Below the pieces are notes generated by a model, which saw only the letters and a program-made list of their open reading frames with translations, was not told the DNA's origin and ran no database searches. Both the position numbers and the translations under genes were made by a program. This document shows, in pieces, positions 10,185 through 22,227 of a stretch of 64,000 nt of DNA (position 1 is the first letter of the stretch; the number at the start of each line of letters is the position of its first letter). Source of the DNA: Veleropilina oligotropha (Eukaryota); the NCBI GenBank assembly GCA_048128005.1, contig JBEUKZ010000018.1, positions 248,001-312,000 of the forward strand. The letters are read 5' to 3'.

Positions 10185-10720
10185 AGAGACAATCAGCATT
10201 CTTGTACCAGGTTGATTGCTGTGAGACAATCAGCATTCTTGTACCAGGTTGATTGCTGTGAGACAATCAGCATTCTTGTACCAGGTTGATTGCTGTGAGA
10301 CAATCAGCATTCTTGTACCAGGTTGATTGCTGTGAGACAATCAGCATTCTTGTACCAGGTTGATTGCTGTGAGACAATCAGCATTCTTGTACCAGGTTGA
10401 ATGCTGTGAGGCATTGATCAGCAATCTTGTACCAGGTTGATTGCTGTGAGACATTGATCAGCATTCTTGTACCAGGTTGAATGCTGTGAGACATTGATCA
10501 GCATTCTTGTACCAGGTTGAATGCTGTGAGACATTGATCAGCATTCTTGTACCAGGTTGATTGCTGAGACATTGATCAGCATTCTTGTACCAGGTTGATT
10601 GCTGTGAGACATTGATCAGCATTCTTGTACCAGGTTGATTACTGTGAGACATTGATCAGCATTCTTGTACCAGGTTGATTGCTGTGAGACATTGATCAGC
10701 ATTCTTGTCCAGGTTGATTC
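10185..10720. repeat. 37-40-bp minisatellite, ~14 copies
   Basis: Unit AGCATTCTTGTACCAGGTTGATTGCTGTGAGACA(TTG)ATC. Confidence 0.95.
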
Positions 10721-11558
10721 AAGTTTTCTCTTGTTTAACTTGCAAGTCACTTTTGTGTGTGAATGTTACATTTGCTGTGTCTGTGCTGTTTGTCGTCGCC
10801 TTCTCAGCCTATAATGCTTTATTGGATGTTGTGTTCACCGATCCTGACCTGCTATGCATGTAATTATCGCCTTCATGCATGCAAATTGCATTCGTAAAAA
10901 AACTTGACTCACCAGTCACGATTGAACGTCGTGATGTTTGAAATCGGAAGCGGTCGATAGGTTTCTGCAAAGACATGTATGCATGACCTGTTTACCTCTG
11001 TCATTGTCGATGCCACATTGTATTTCTGTAATTGAAGAATATATTTTCGTGTTGTGTTGTTATCAGTGATTGATTAATGGAATGTAGATTGTCTCTCAGT
11101 GGGTCATGTCTGACTCATCGAATGCAACTCGAATAACTTGGTGTTTAAGGAAATAAGTGCTTAAATTATACTCTATAATAATATCTTACGTCAGTGTGAA
11201 TGTTGATCATTATTAATTTCAAAAATGAAGTGGACTATGAACAGAAATACAGTAGTTAAGAATATATGGGCAATAAATGCTTTTAAAATGCTCAGAACCA
11301 TTGAACAAATGAAATAAAAATTATTTTTCGACATTTTGTCGTATGTTATTAATGTTCATTCAAGTTTTGTTGTGCTCTGAATTTTCTTTGATTTAGGAAC
11401 TGCAACACCTGAGAAGCTTCTACATATTGCCATTGCCTTTTAAAAATGTAAAACTGTATCTTGCTGTTTTGGTGAACATTTATTTATCTATTGTGTATCA
11501 AATTAATCTTTAATTTCCCCGATTTATGCGAATGATAAACTCATTTTCTTCTCCCCAG

Positions 11559-14500
11559 CTATCGGCGATTTGTTCACGTCGTTAAATCACATTCAAAGTA
11601 AACTCAACAATGTGGACACGAGGGAAGAGGTTACATTTCTATCAAACTTATTTCGAGCTACAGAATTCCAGCATGCGGTTCGAATTCACAATCGAGTGGT
11701 GGAACAAATGTCAAGGTCGCCTCCTATCAAACCGGTGTCGACGAGCAGCCACGAAACGGCGACAGAAATTGTGGAGCATTGCGAGCAGTCCAGCAATCCG
11801 GTAGCGTTACAGTTGGCCGCCATCTTGAATAAGCCTAACCTCAAGGTAGGGAAACCGTACTGTGATGATTATACCTTGTCCTACTCTTGTGTTGCCAGAA
11901 CACTAAACAAGAGACCTGATTGAAACTTTTTAATGAAACCTGTATCTTCATTATATTCAGTGTGACTATTTTTGATTAACCCTGTACTGGGACTGGAATT
12001 TGTAGCGTGAAAGTTAAACTTAAATTCATCCGTCCACAAAAAATTGCTCAGCAATCTGTTATAATTACCTGCAATAGTTCTTCCAAGACAACAATCAAAA
12101 CTGCCATTATTGAACTCGTAATCAAGCCATCATTTCAAATAATTGTACATTACGTATCTAGCCTCACAGATTGTTAAAAATTAATTCCAAATTAATTAAT
12201 TACAAAATGAGCAGTGTATTTTTTTTGGATACCATTTCACATTATGTGATATACGGTAAAATAGTGTCCAGTAATGAATAAACAATACGGTTTGATTGGT
12301 CAAAATTATATCCTTTCGTATGTCAATCGTATCAAATAAAAGTTTTTAAAAACTATGTCATGTTGATTGTATTATGGTATTCGTGTATTATTTCTATCCT
12401 TATCTTTGTCTGGATTAGATGTCCTTCATGATGCAGTGTGCATTTTGTTTATTGCCCCTAAGTGATGATTCTCAACAAACACCTGACCCTTAATCCTAAG
12501 AGGGTCAACAATGCTCAGGGTAGCCATAACACTTGTCCATCAAACATTTACAATAATCAAGCATGCCATCACCATCAGCCTTGTGGCAGTATTTAGGCAT
12601 ATACTACAGAAAATCTATTCATTGTTTTTAGCGAAATCGGAAATATTTATAATACAAATTTATGCAGTGATTGACATCCACTCACAAAATTATAAATACA
12701 TCTTGACTAATTTTTTACATTTTACTTATAATATATTTAATTGTGGTAGTAAAGAAATCTTACAAGATTGGTTTTTGTTTCACAATATATATTTACACCA
12801 AATCAAATGGAATTGATGTAATTTGATTTTCTCTATAGGAGCTGCTGTGGGCCCACGATAACGTGTCTGAGCATACGGCGCGGCCCGTCACCGAGCTCCC
12901 CGACGACCAATACGTCGATTACCCCCTCTTCGCTGAGCAAGACGTTAAAATCGTACATTTACAAAAAACGAATGAACCCCTGGTAAGTGTGTCGCATACA
13001 CCGTGTTAATTCATGTCTTTACATAATATGTTCATGAGAATTTCAAACGTCAACAAATTGGCTATTGCTTGATGCATGGACACTTTCACAGTTATGAACC
13101 GTCTTAATATTCCGTCTGCTGCATTTGATATGCTTCATGCTGTTTGTGCCTGTCTATCGTAGCATATCGCCAATCAGCGAACGAGTGTTTAGCGTTTGAC
13201 ATTCATTATATTCTGTGATCAACTAGCCTCAACATCATTGGTGATTATGGATTACTTGGAGTGTTACAGATAATATAGCTACTCGTTGAGTTAATCCAGT
13301 TGATCGCCAGCTCGCCTTGATTCGTTGCATATCATCTCGTTGATTGATTCTTGCCCATGTGCTGTTCGTTAGGTTGCATAATTCGACTAGAGAAGAGATC
13401 GTTGAGATCAATATGTCTCGCGTTTAATGAAATTAGTCACGGATAGACTGATGTTTTGCAAATATTGCTTGTTTGCTGCTTGGCCATTTGTGCGCAATTC
13501 GGCTAATTGTCAATATTCAGTTCCATAGAAATCAGATAGTAGTGAGAACGACTTCCAATAACGGTTTCTACTTTAATGACGTACAATTATGTTAAATAAG
13601 ATAGGAAATGTTGCTGTTGATCATATTGTGACTTAAAATAAAAAATTGGATATTATTTGCGACGTAATATTGCCATGATTGCACAAGTCATCTCTCCTGG
13701 CTGTTTGGGGTCAGGGTGGCTGATTGGGGGTCAGGGTGGCTGTTTGGGGGTCGGGGTGGCTGTTTGGGGTCAGGGCGGCTGATTGGTTTCAACGCTAAAC
13801 CACATAAATTTGATCCTAGGAACATAACCTCATTTGTCAATCCACAGTCAGCATCATTTCACCTCTTGAAGAATAAAGTTGAAAGATAATTTTCTGGAAG
13901 ATATAGAGGGTATTTGATGGTATGTCAGAACTATTAAATATATTTTGTCGAGTGAAATATATCCTAACGTATTCACGAAAGGCCGGAGGCTAGAACATAG
14001 TTCACGAGACAATATATATTTAATATTTCTGACATAACATTGAATACTCTTATGCAGTCGTTTATTTTTTAGGGTGCAACAGTACGGAACGACGGTGAAT
14101 CTGTGATTGTCGGCAGGATAGTAAAAGGTGGAACTGCTGAAAAGAGTGGTAAGAAAGGGAGATAATCAGGACTCCAAGCATGTCAGCAATCTGACAGTAG
14201 AAAGTACATTGATTACGTGAAGGCTACATTATTCCGTTACAGTAAAGCAAAGGACAAAATACAATAAATTATCTTTTATTATTATAGACTAGTTTGCAAA
14301 AAAATATTTTATTTTTTTCAATTTTGTCAATTAATAGATGATATGATATAAATTGAATTTGTCATCAACATTTGAAAATTTATGTGAAATTTGTTTTCCT
14401 TTGTCTTGAAAATGTTTATAATATAGGATTATTGTGGGTAAATTAACAAATGTTTAATTTGCAGGTCTTCTGCATGAGGGAGATGAATTATTAGAAGTGA

Positions 14501-17500
14501 ACGGAATTGACCTGCGAGGGAAGTCCATTGATGATGTCTCAGAGATGCTGGTAGGTTTGTTATTTCGTTATTACGTTTCCGCATCGCTGGCCAATAGCTT
14601 TGCTCCCAATTCACTCGGACTGATTGTGCTGCGCCACTATAGTGTGTTTGAGTCATCGATATTGCAGAGTTACCAGTCACATTTATACATTACTTACTGG
14701 AGCAGGTTGCTTTTACTGGGAAACCTATCACCTTGTCTCAATATGACCGAAAATGAGCGATACCATAAACACTCAAAACATAGCTTAACAATAATAACAT
14801 TAACTTTAATAAACTTTTTAGCTTAACATTAAACATATCGATATATAAAGCTGATTGATGTTTCAAATCTAGTGGACTATATGTCAAGAGATTAAGTAGA
14901 TTGTTTTATATGTCAAAGTCATGATGCAATAAACTGAGTATTTATAAGGAAAAAAAAAGTTCTTTGTGAAATAGTAGATAATTGTCAGGTTTAAGTAAGT
15001 TTCAAACATTTTTGATATTTTCAGGCGAATATGACCGGCAGAATCACATTCATGGTGGCTCCGAATAAAGAGCGGGATCCCGAGACGATCTCGTCCAGAA
15101 ACGAGATGGAGATGGTGAGTGCGCTGGTTTACTAACGTCATTACTCATCCTCTGGTTGTAAACATCATGTCACTCACTCAGGGACAGACTGGTGAGTGCG
15201 CTGGTTTACTAACGTCATAACTCATCCTCCGGTTGTAAACATCATGTCACGCACTCAGGGACAGACTGGTGAGTGCGCTGGTTTACTGACATCATTACTC
15301 CACCTCCGGTTGTAAACATCATGTCACTCACTCAGGGACAGACTGTAAGCAAATTGCTAAAATATAGAGAGCGATTTGTGCAGTTCTCGTGGTGATGTCG
15401 CATTTGATTTTGAATCTATAAATTAATTGAGGATACAGTGTAATTATAGCAAAGCTCGGGACTGGATAAATATGATACTGTGTCTGTTGATACTGGACTC
15501 CATTGCGAATATATACTATTATGATAGATACCTTTGGGAGTCAGGAATTTAGCAAGGGAGCCTGCAAGACCACCCGGTCTCTTCGTCAGCCATTGTTCTA
15601 TACTGAGGGTGACGTTATAGTTAATTTTTTTAAATTGATGTAAGTAACAGCTAGTACCATCATGCCACAGCTATATATATCTTATTTTTCCCAAAAAGAT
15701 TATTTTGCCCTTCTTTGATGTGTCATTTTGTATCCAGGATTATTATTTCAAGCTGATCATTCTTAAATAAACATGCAGTTATTGACTAATATTCACAAGT
15801 ATCCAATCGGAGCATTCATTATTTATAATTTTTCACAATTAGCCAATCAGAACGTTCGCTGTCTCCTGCCAGGTAAACAGATCCTTCTTAAACAGTTATT
15901 GACTAATATTCACAAGTAGTGGATCACAGCATTCGTTTACACCATTGGCCAATCAGAGTATTCGTTATTTATTATTTTTCACAATTAGCCAATCAGAACG
16001 TTCGTTGTCTTCTGCCAGGTCCACATGCGGGCGCAGTATGACTACGACCCAGAAGAGGATGCCTACATCCCGTGCCGCGAGCTCGGCCTGTCGTTCATGA
16101 AGGGGGACATCCTGCATATCATCAACCAAGAGGATGCGAACTGGTGGCAGGCGTACAGGGAGGGAGAGGAGGAGCACCAGTCCCTCGCAGGGCTCGTGCC
16201 CAGCCAGGCATTCCAGGAGCAGTGAGTCATTATACGCATTCATAGTTGTATGCCAGAAATTTAACATTTCGGGGATAGTATGGTTTAGTCATCGTTCAGC
16301 CGCATCCGCAGCCGCAGAGATTTCTTGTGTGTGCTATACCGTGAAAGATTTTAATCCGATTTGATTCAAATTTGGTATGCACGTCAGTTATGATGAGGAC
16401 ATGCCACCTAAAGATTTTCGTTGTTTTCGGATACAAGATGACTGCCATGGTGGCCATTTTGTTTGACGAGATTTCTTGTGTGCGCTCTACAGTGCAAAGT
16501 TATTATCCAATTTGATTCATATTTGGTATATGCTTTAGTTGTGATGAGGACATGCTGCCTAAATATTTTCGGATCCAAAATGGCCGCCTTGGCGGCCATT
16601 TTGGTTGATTAGATTTCTTGTGCATGCTCTACAGTGAAAAGTTCTTATCCGATTTGATTCAAATTTAGTATGCATGTTAGTTATGATGAAGACATGCCAT
16701 GTAACGATTTTTGTCGTTTTCGGATCCAAGATGGCCGCCTTTGCGGTCATTTTATTTGAAGAGATTTCTTGTGTGCTCTATGGTGTTATTTTCCGATTTG
16801 ATATTCATGTTAGTTATGATGAGGACCCGCCGTCTAACGATTTCCTTTTGTTTTCGGATACAAGATGGCCGTCGCGGCGGCCATTTTATTTGAAGATATT
16901 TTTTGTGCGCGATCTACAGTGAATAGATCTAATCCGATTTGATTCAAATTTGGTATACATGTTTGGTATGATGAGGACATGGTGCCTATTGATGTAAGCT
17001 ACCGTGGGAGGGGATACATCCCTCGACTTGCTGCAGGCGCGGATCCAGGGGGGCGCACCCGGCACGCGCCCCCCCATAAAGCTGGTCAAGCATACTAAAA
17101 TAATATGTATAATCTGATACAAATGACTTTGAGAACATTATAAATAGGCCTACCCCAAAATACTAAAGTTGAATTGTATTACTATTAGCTTTTGCAATGT
17201 AATAATGCAAGAGGGGGATTTCACACCGCTAATTGTCAAAACTTCTGGGGATACAGTCTGTCTGGACCCCACGTTTTAAAGCAGAAATGTGTTAGATTGT
17301 GAAAAAATACTCATACATTTTATTGAAAATGGTTCATAAATGTTGATAAGAAATATCGCTTTTGCCCTGTCAGAGTGCAGGAGAGGGGGTTTCAGGCTGG
17401 TGGTTGTCAATGTTTTCTTTCGCGTAGGTCCCCGACCCCACGCGAACAATTGATAGTAAATTCAGCGCCCCCCCTAAGCAAAATTCCTGGATCCGTGCCT

Positions 17501-20500
17501 GAGCTGGGTCGAGTTTTCGCTAGTTCTGATAGTTAGAGTACAGGGAGTGAGTGATTAAGCATTCATGGTTCTGATAGTTATCGTGCAGGGAGGGGTAGGG
17601 GGACCCAGCCAGGAGCAGTCAGTCATGACACATTCATGGTACTGATAGTTATCGTGCAGGGAGGGGTAGGGGTGCCCAGCCAGGAGCAGTGAGTCATGAC
17701 ACATTCATGGTTCTGATAGTTATCGTGCAGGGAGGGGCAGGGGGACCCAGCCAGGAGCAGTCAGTCATGACACATTCATGGTACTGATAGTTATCGTGCA
17801 GGGAGGGGTAGGGGTGCCCAGCCAGGAGCAGTGAGTCATGACACATTCATGGTTCTGATAGTTATCGTGCAGGGAGGGGTAGGGGGGCCCAGCCAGGAGC
17901 AGTGAGTCATGACACATTCATGGTTCTGATAGTTATCGTGCAGGGAGGGGCAGGGGGGCCCAGCCAGGAGCAGTCAGTCATGACACATTCATGGTACTGA
18001 TAGTTATCGTGCAGGGAGGGGTAGGGGTGCCCAGCCAGGAGCAGTGAGTCATGACACATTCATGGTTCTGATAGTTATCGTGCAGGGAGGGGTAGGGGGG
18101 CCCAGCCAGGAGCAGTGAGTCATGACACATTCATGGTTCTGATAGTTATCGTGCAGGGAGGGGCAGGGGGGCCCAGCCAGGAGCAGTCAGTCATGACACA
18201 TTCATGGTACTGATAGTTATCGTGCAGGGAGGGGTAGGGGTGCCCAGCCAGGAGCAGTGAGTCATGACACATTCATGGTTCTGATAGTTATCGTGCAGGG
18301 AGGGGCAGGGGGGCCCAGCCAGGAGCAGTGAGTGATGAAGCATTCATGGTTCTGATAGTTATCGATCGTGCAGGGAGGGGCAGGGGGGCCCAGCCAGGAG
18401 CAGTGAGTCATGACACATTCATGGTTCTGATAGTTATCGTGCAGGGAGGGGTAGGGGTGCCCAGCCAGGAGCAGTGAGTCATGACACATTCATGGTTCTG
18501 ATAGTTATCGTGCAGGGAGGGGCAGGGGGGGCCCAGCCAGGAGCAGTGAGTGATGAAGCATTCATGGTTCTGATAGTTATCGATCGTGCAGGGAGGGGCA
18601 GGGGTGCCCAGCCAGGAGCAGTGAGTCATGACACATTCATGGTTCTGATAGTTATCGTGCAGGGAGGGGTAGGGGTGCCCAGCCAGGAGCAGTGAGTCAT
18701 GACACATTCATGGTTCTGATAGTTATCGTGCAGGGAGGGGCAGGGGGGCCCAGCCAGGAGCAGTGAGTGATGAAGCATTCATGGTTCTGATAGTTATACA
18801 GGGAGGGGCAGGGGGGCCCAGCCAGGTCTTCCATGAGCAGTGATCACGAGTCATGACGCATTCATGGAAGACGTGGATGTCAAGTTTATGATATTTATGG
18901 CTGACCATATATATTCATTGTTAACGCTGCATTATAATTTGCTATTTACAATCCTTGGCGGGACAATTTGTTCAACCCGCGATAGTATTAATGGTCATGT
19001 CCTGATATGACCTTGACCTGCGATTGCAATAATGGTCATGTCCTGATATGACCTTGACCCGCGATAGTAATAATGGTCATGTCCTGATATGACCTTGAAG
19101 CGTGTGAAAATATGACATGAAGCGTCGATACCAAACACGACAAAAGCTATTTCTCCATACATTTATCAACACTTGACGTTCTAGATGGACACTTTGAGAC
19201 CGTCCGACTGGCTGTTCTTGATAAAAAGCAAGGTGCTCACTGTATGTAACTGTGTTGTGGTTTTTATATATTAACCATGCACATCCGTAATTTATCTTGT
19301 TGGAGATAAATTTAGTATTGACCACCCTATATATATGACATAATACCCATGTCATTTGACGTAATTGAAACTTTTATGATTCTTAAATTTTTCAGACGTG
19401 AAGCCCTGAGGCAAACGATAGTTGCTGATAAGGAAAATAATAAGAAAAGCAGAATGTGTTCCTGCGGCAAGAAGTCAGATAAAAGGAAGAAGCGAAAGGG
19501 CCTGTACAACACGGCGGTGCGGCAAGGTAGGGAACGTTGATGTCATAGAAGGTTGCTCGATGATAGCGAGGTGATACATTTCTTCAATTATTTGTTGTAT
19601 AAAAAATTAGTTATGTGGTAAGGAATAGATGAGCGTGACCTGCTGTGTATGAGAGCTGGAATGGACTGTATCAAATTTAGTCTTGTTAAATTTGTTTTCA
19701 GGTTTGCATGGTTTGGTAAATTAAGTTAATTGAGAACCTTGTTTACATCTCGTCAAATTCTGCATGAAGATAAAGTTGACAGAACTGATCGATATGAAAA
19801 CATAGGTTTAACAGCCATCTTTGTTATTATGTTAATATAAAACTTAACTATTTTTCTGTCATATCGACAGAAACCGATGAAATTTTAACCTACGAGGAAG
19901 TTGGACAGTATTTCCCACAGCCCAATAGAAAAAGGCCGATAGTTTTGATCGGACCACCGAACATCGGACGTCAAGAGCTCCGAGAGAGACTCATGGAATC
20001 AGACAGCGATCGCTTTGCTGCTGCGGTACCACGTATGTAGACACAATAAAAGTTTTAATATGTTGTCTTTTATTCAGCATGGACAATAAGCATTGAACAT
20101 ATTGTTTATGGTCAAATAACAAAATTTAGCAATGTTGAAGGATGATGTGGTGGCATGGCCAAGTCGGCACAACACTTGTTTACAAAACCAAGATTTTCCC
20201 CTAAAATTGTAGTTTCCACTGCACACAATGTCCATTCTTTTTGTTATTCCATAAAAGTTTGTGTGGCCGTTACACATAAAGTCATCATTCTGCGGTTTGT
20301 TCTCAAAGGATATCTAGATCACGGATATCAATCATTAAAGAAAGGCAGCATCATTCATCCAGCTGTGCGTACGGTTATGATTATTTGTGGATTTATGACG
20401 AATGAATTTTTTCCAGATACGAGCCGAGCTGCTCAAGAAAATGAGACGGATGGCAAAGACTTTCATTTTGTGCCGCATTCCATGTTTGAGATGGAGATCC

Positions 20501-22227
20501 GAGCAAATAAGTTTGTGGAGCACGGCGAGTACAAGAAAGCCCTGTACGGCACCAGTGTCGACGCTATCCGACATGTGGTGCATGAAGGGAAGATTTGCGT
20601 CCTAAACCTAAACCCAGAGGTAAGTGCATTTGCAGTCGAACATGATGTTCCCGACAAAATGAAGGCGTAGCTGCTGATATACAAAATTTTACTTATTGTA
20701 TAATATATTCATCATCAGTGCATCAAAGAGCATGACTTGCAGGGTGAGCTGGATCTCTCATTTCTTGGTGGTGGCGCTGCGGACAACTCTCGTTGAAGGC
20801 ACTGGGTCTCGTTGATCACTGAAGTTGGGCAAAGTTTATTTCTGGCTGTGTTTGAGTGGGTGATCTTGCCTAAAACTGACTGAGAAAAGAGTCTGATCAG
20901 ATCGTGATATGAAATCAGTTGATTGGACTACAATACGCCTGACAATTTGTTAAAATGAGGCTTGTAGAACTACCTTATTAAAGTCGAGTGTTTCACTCTT
21001 TATTTGAAAATAACATAGAGCATCTATCCAACCCAAACCAATTATTATCCGTAGACGATTAATCTCTACTTGTTTGCTTTGCAGTCTCTGAGTATATTGA
21101 AGGACTCCGATCTGAAGCCGTACATCGTGTTTGTGTGTCCACCGATGATGGAGAAACTCAGACAGATAAGACTGAAACTAGGCGGCAAGGCATCGGTAAG
21201 TGATGTGGGGGCAAGGCCTCTGTAAGTGATGTGGGGGCAAGGCCTCGGTAAGTGATGTGGCGGCAAGGCCTCGGTAAGTGATGTGGCAGCAAGGCATCGG
21301 TAAGTGATGTGGGGGCAAGGTGACTGTAATGATGTGGGAGCAAGGCATCGGTAAGTGATGTGGGGGCCAGGCATCGGTAAGGGATGAGGGGGCAAGGTGA
21401 CAGTAATGTTGGGGCAAGGCCTGGGTAAGTGATCTGGGGGCAAGGCATCTGTAAGTGATGAGGGGGCAAGGTGACAGTAATGTTGGGGCAAGGCCTGGGT
21501 AAGTGATCTGGGGGCAAGGCATCTGTAAGTGATGAGGGGGCAAGGTGACAGTAATGTTGGGGCAAGGCCTGGGTAAGTGATCTGGGGGCAAGGCATCTGT
21601 AAGTGATGAGGGGCAAGGCATCAGTAAGTGATGAGGGGCAAGGCATCGGTAAGTGATGTGGAGGCAAGGCGTCGGTAATTGAATGAGAAATGCGGAATTT
21701 GAAGATGTTCTTCCAAACTTATGCAGAGCATCTGATCACTGTTATTTGTTATGGCTACATCATCTGCGACAAGAAAAACTAGGCTATTGTCCATAGTGAG
21801 CATATTAAAGTGATACCTGTCTTGGTAACGATCATGGCCATTTTCATTGGCAATCACTCTCAATTTGTGCAGGAAAAATGCATGTTAATTTTTCTGTAAG
21901 AATGTCCTTGTTCTGCATTCTGAATTTGTTGTTGACAAATTAACATGATCTTAACATGATAAATTAAATTATCATGCCAAAGAACCTACAAAATCATGTA
22001 TGTTTATACTTGAATTCCTTAAGGCATATTTGTTTTCTGTTTTGTAGGATGAAGAATTGAAGAGTGTCATTGAAAAGGGGAGAGAACTGGAGGAAATGTA
22101 TGCGCATTACTTTGACTTTATTCTTGTGATACAGGACCTAGATCGCTCGTACGACGAACTTCTCACCGAAATCAATCGTATTGATATGGAACCACAGTGG
22201 GTACCTCTACAATGGCTGGACAGGTAG
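11559..22227 (+). CDS. PALS1: MAGUK p55 subfamily member 5 / PALS1 (stardust orthologue); L27N-L27-PDZ-SH3-HOOK-GUK; 5' exon(s) not identified
   Basis: GT-AG exons with consistent phases: 11559-11845 (L27[11 protein letters not shown]), 12839-12982 ([19 protein letters not shown]), 14073-14148 ([23 protein letters not shown]), 14465-14550, 15025-15114, 16019-16221 (SH3, [25 protein letters not shown]), 19396-19526 (HOOK), 19871-20032 ([21 protein letters not shown]), 20417-20619 (HTSR, GUK), 21085-21195, 22048-22227 (..[12 protein letters not shown]). Confidence 0.93.
15114..15345. repeat. 77-bp tandem repeat x3 starting at a PALS1 splice donor
   Basis: GGTGAGTGCGCTGGTTTACT...GGGACAGACT at 15114, 15191 and 15268. 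Confidence 0.9.
16250..17523 (+). mobile_element. Non-autonomous Helitron/Helentron-like (HINE-type) element with internal tandem subrepeats
   Basis: Internal ~140-bp repeats containing AAGATGGCCGCC, 3' hairpin (CTCGAC...GTCGAG) and CTAG end, inserted at a TT. An inverted copy of the same family is at ~26679-27200. Confidence 0.6.
17034..17501. mobile_element. MITE nested in the HINE-like element
   Basis: TIRs CAGGCGCGGATCCAGG / CCTGGATCCGTGCCTG. Flanks TGCTG / AGCTG. The copy at 26679 shows the empty site. Confidence 0.8.
17524..18870. repeat. 71-bp minisatellite, ~18 copies, derived from the PALS1 SH3 exon end and donor
   Basis: Unit ...GTGCCCAGCCAGGAGCAGTGAGTCATGACACATTCATGGTTCTGATAG... 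matches the exon end at 16197-16247. Confidence 0.93.
21184..21678. repeat. ~23-26-bp minisatellite starting in a PALS1 exon end
   Basis: Unit GGCAAGGCATCGGTAAGTGATGTGGG. The first copy is the real exon/intron junction at 21195/21196. Confidence 0.92.

Noticed and set aside
6000..11558. Upstream PALS1 coding exons
   Set aside because: No exon with recognisable PALS1 N-terminal sequence and a phase-1 donor could be identified by eye.
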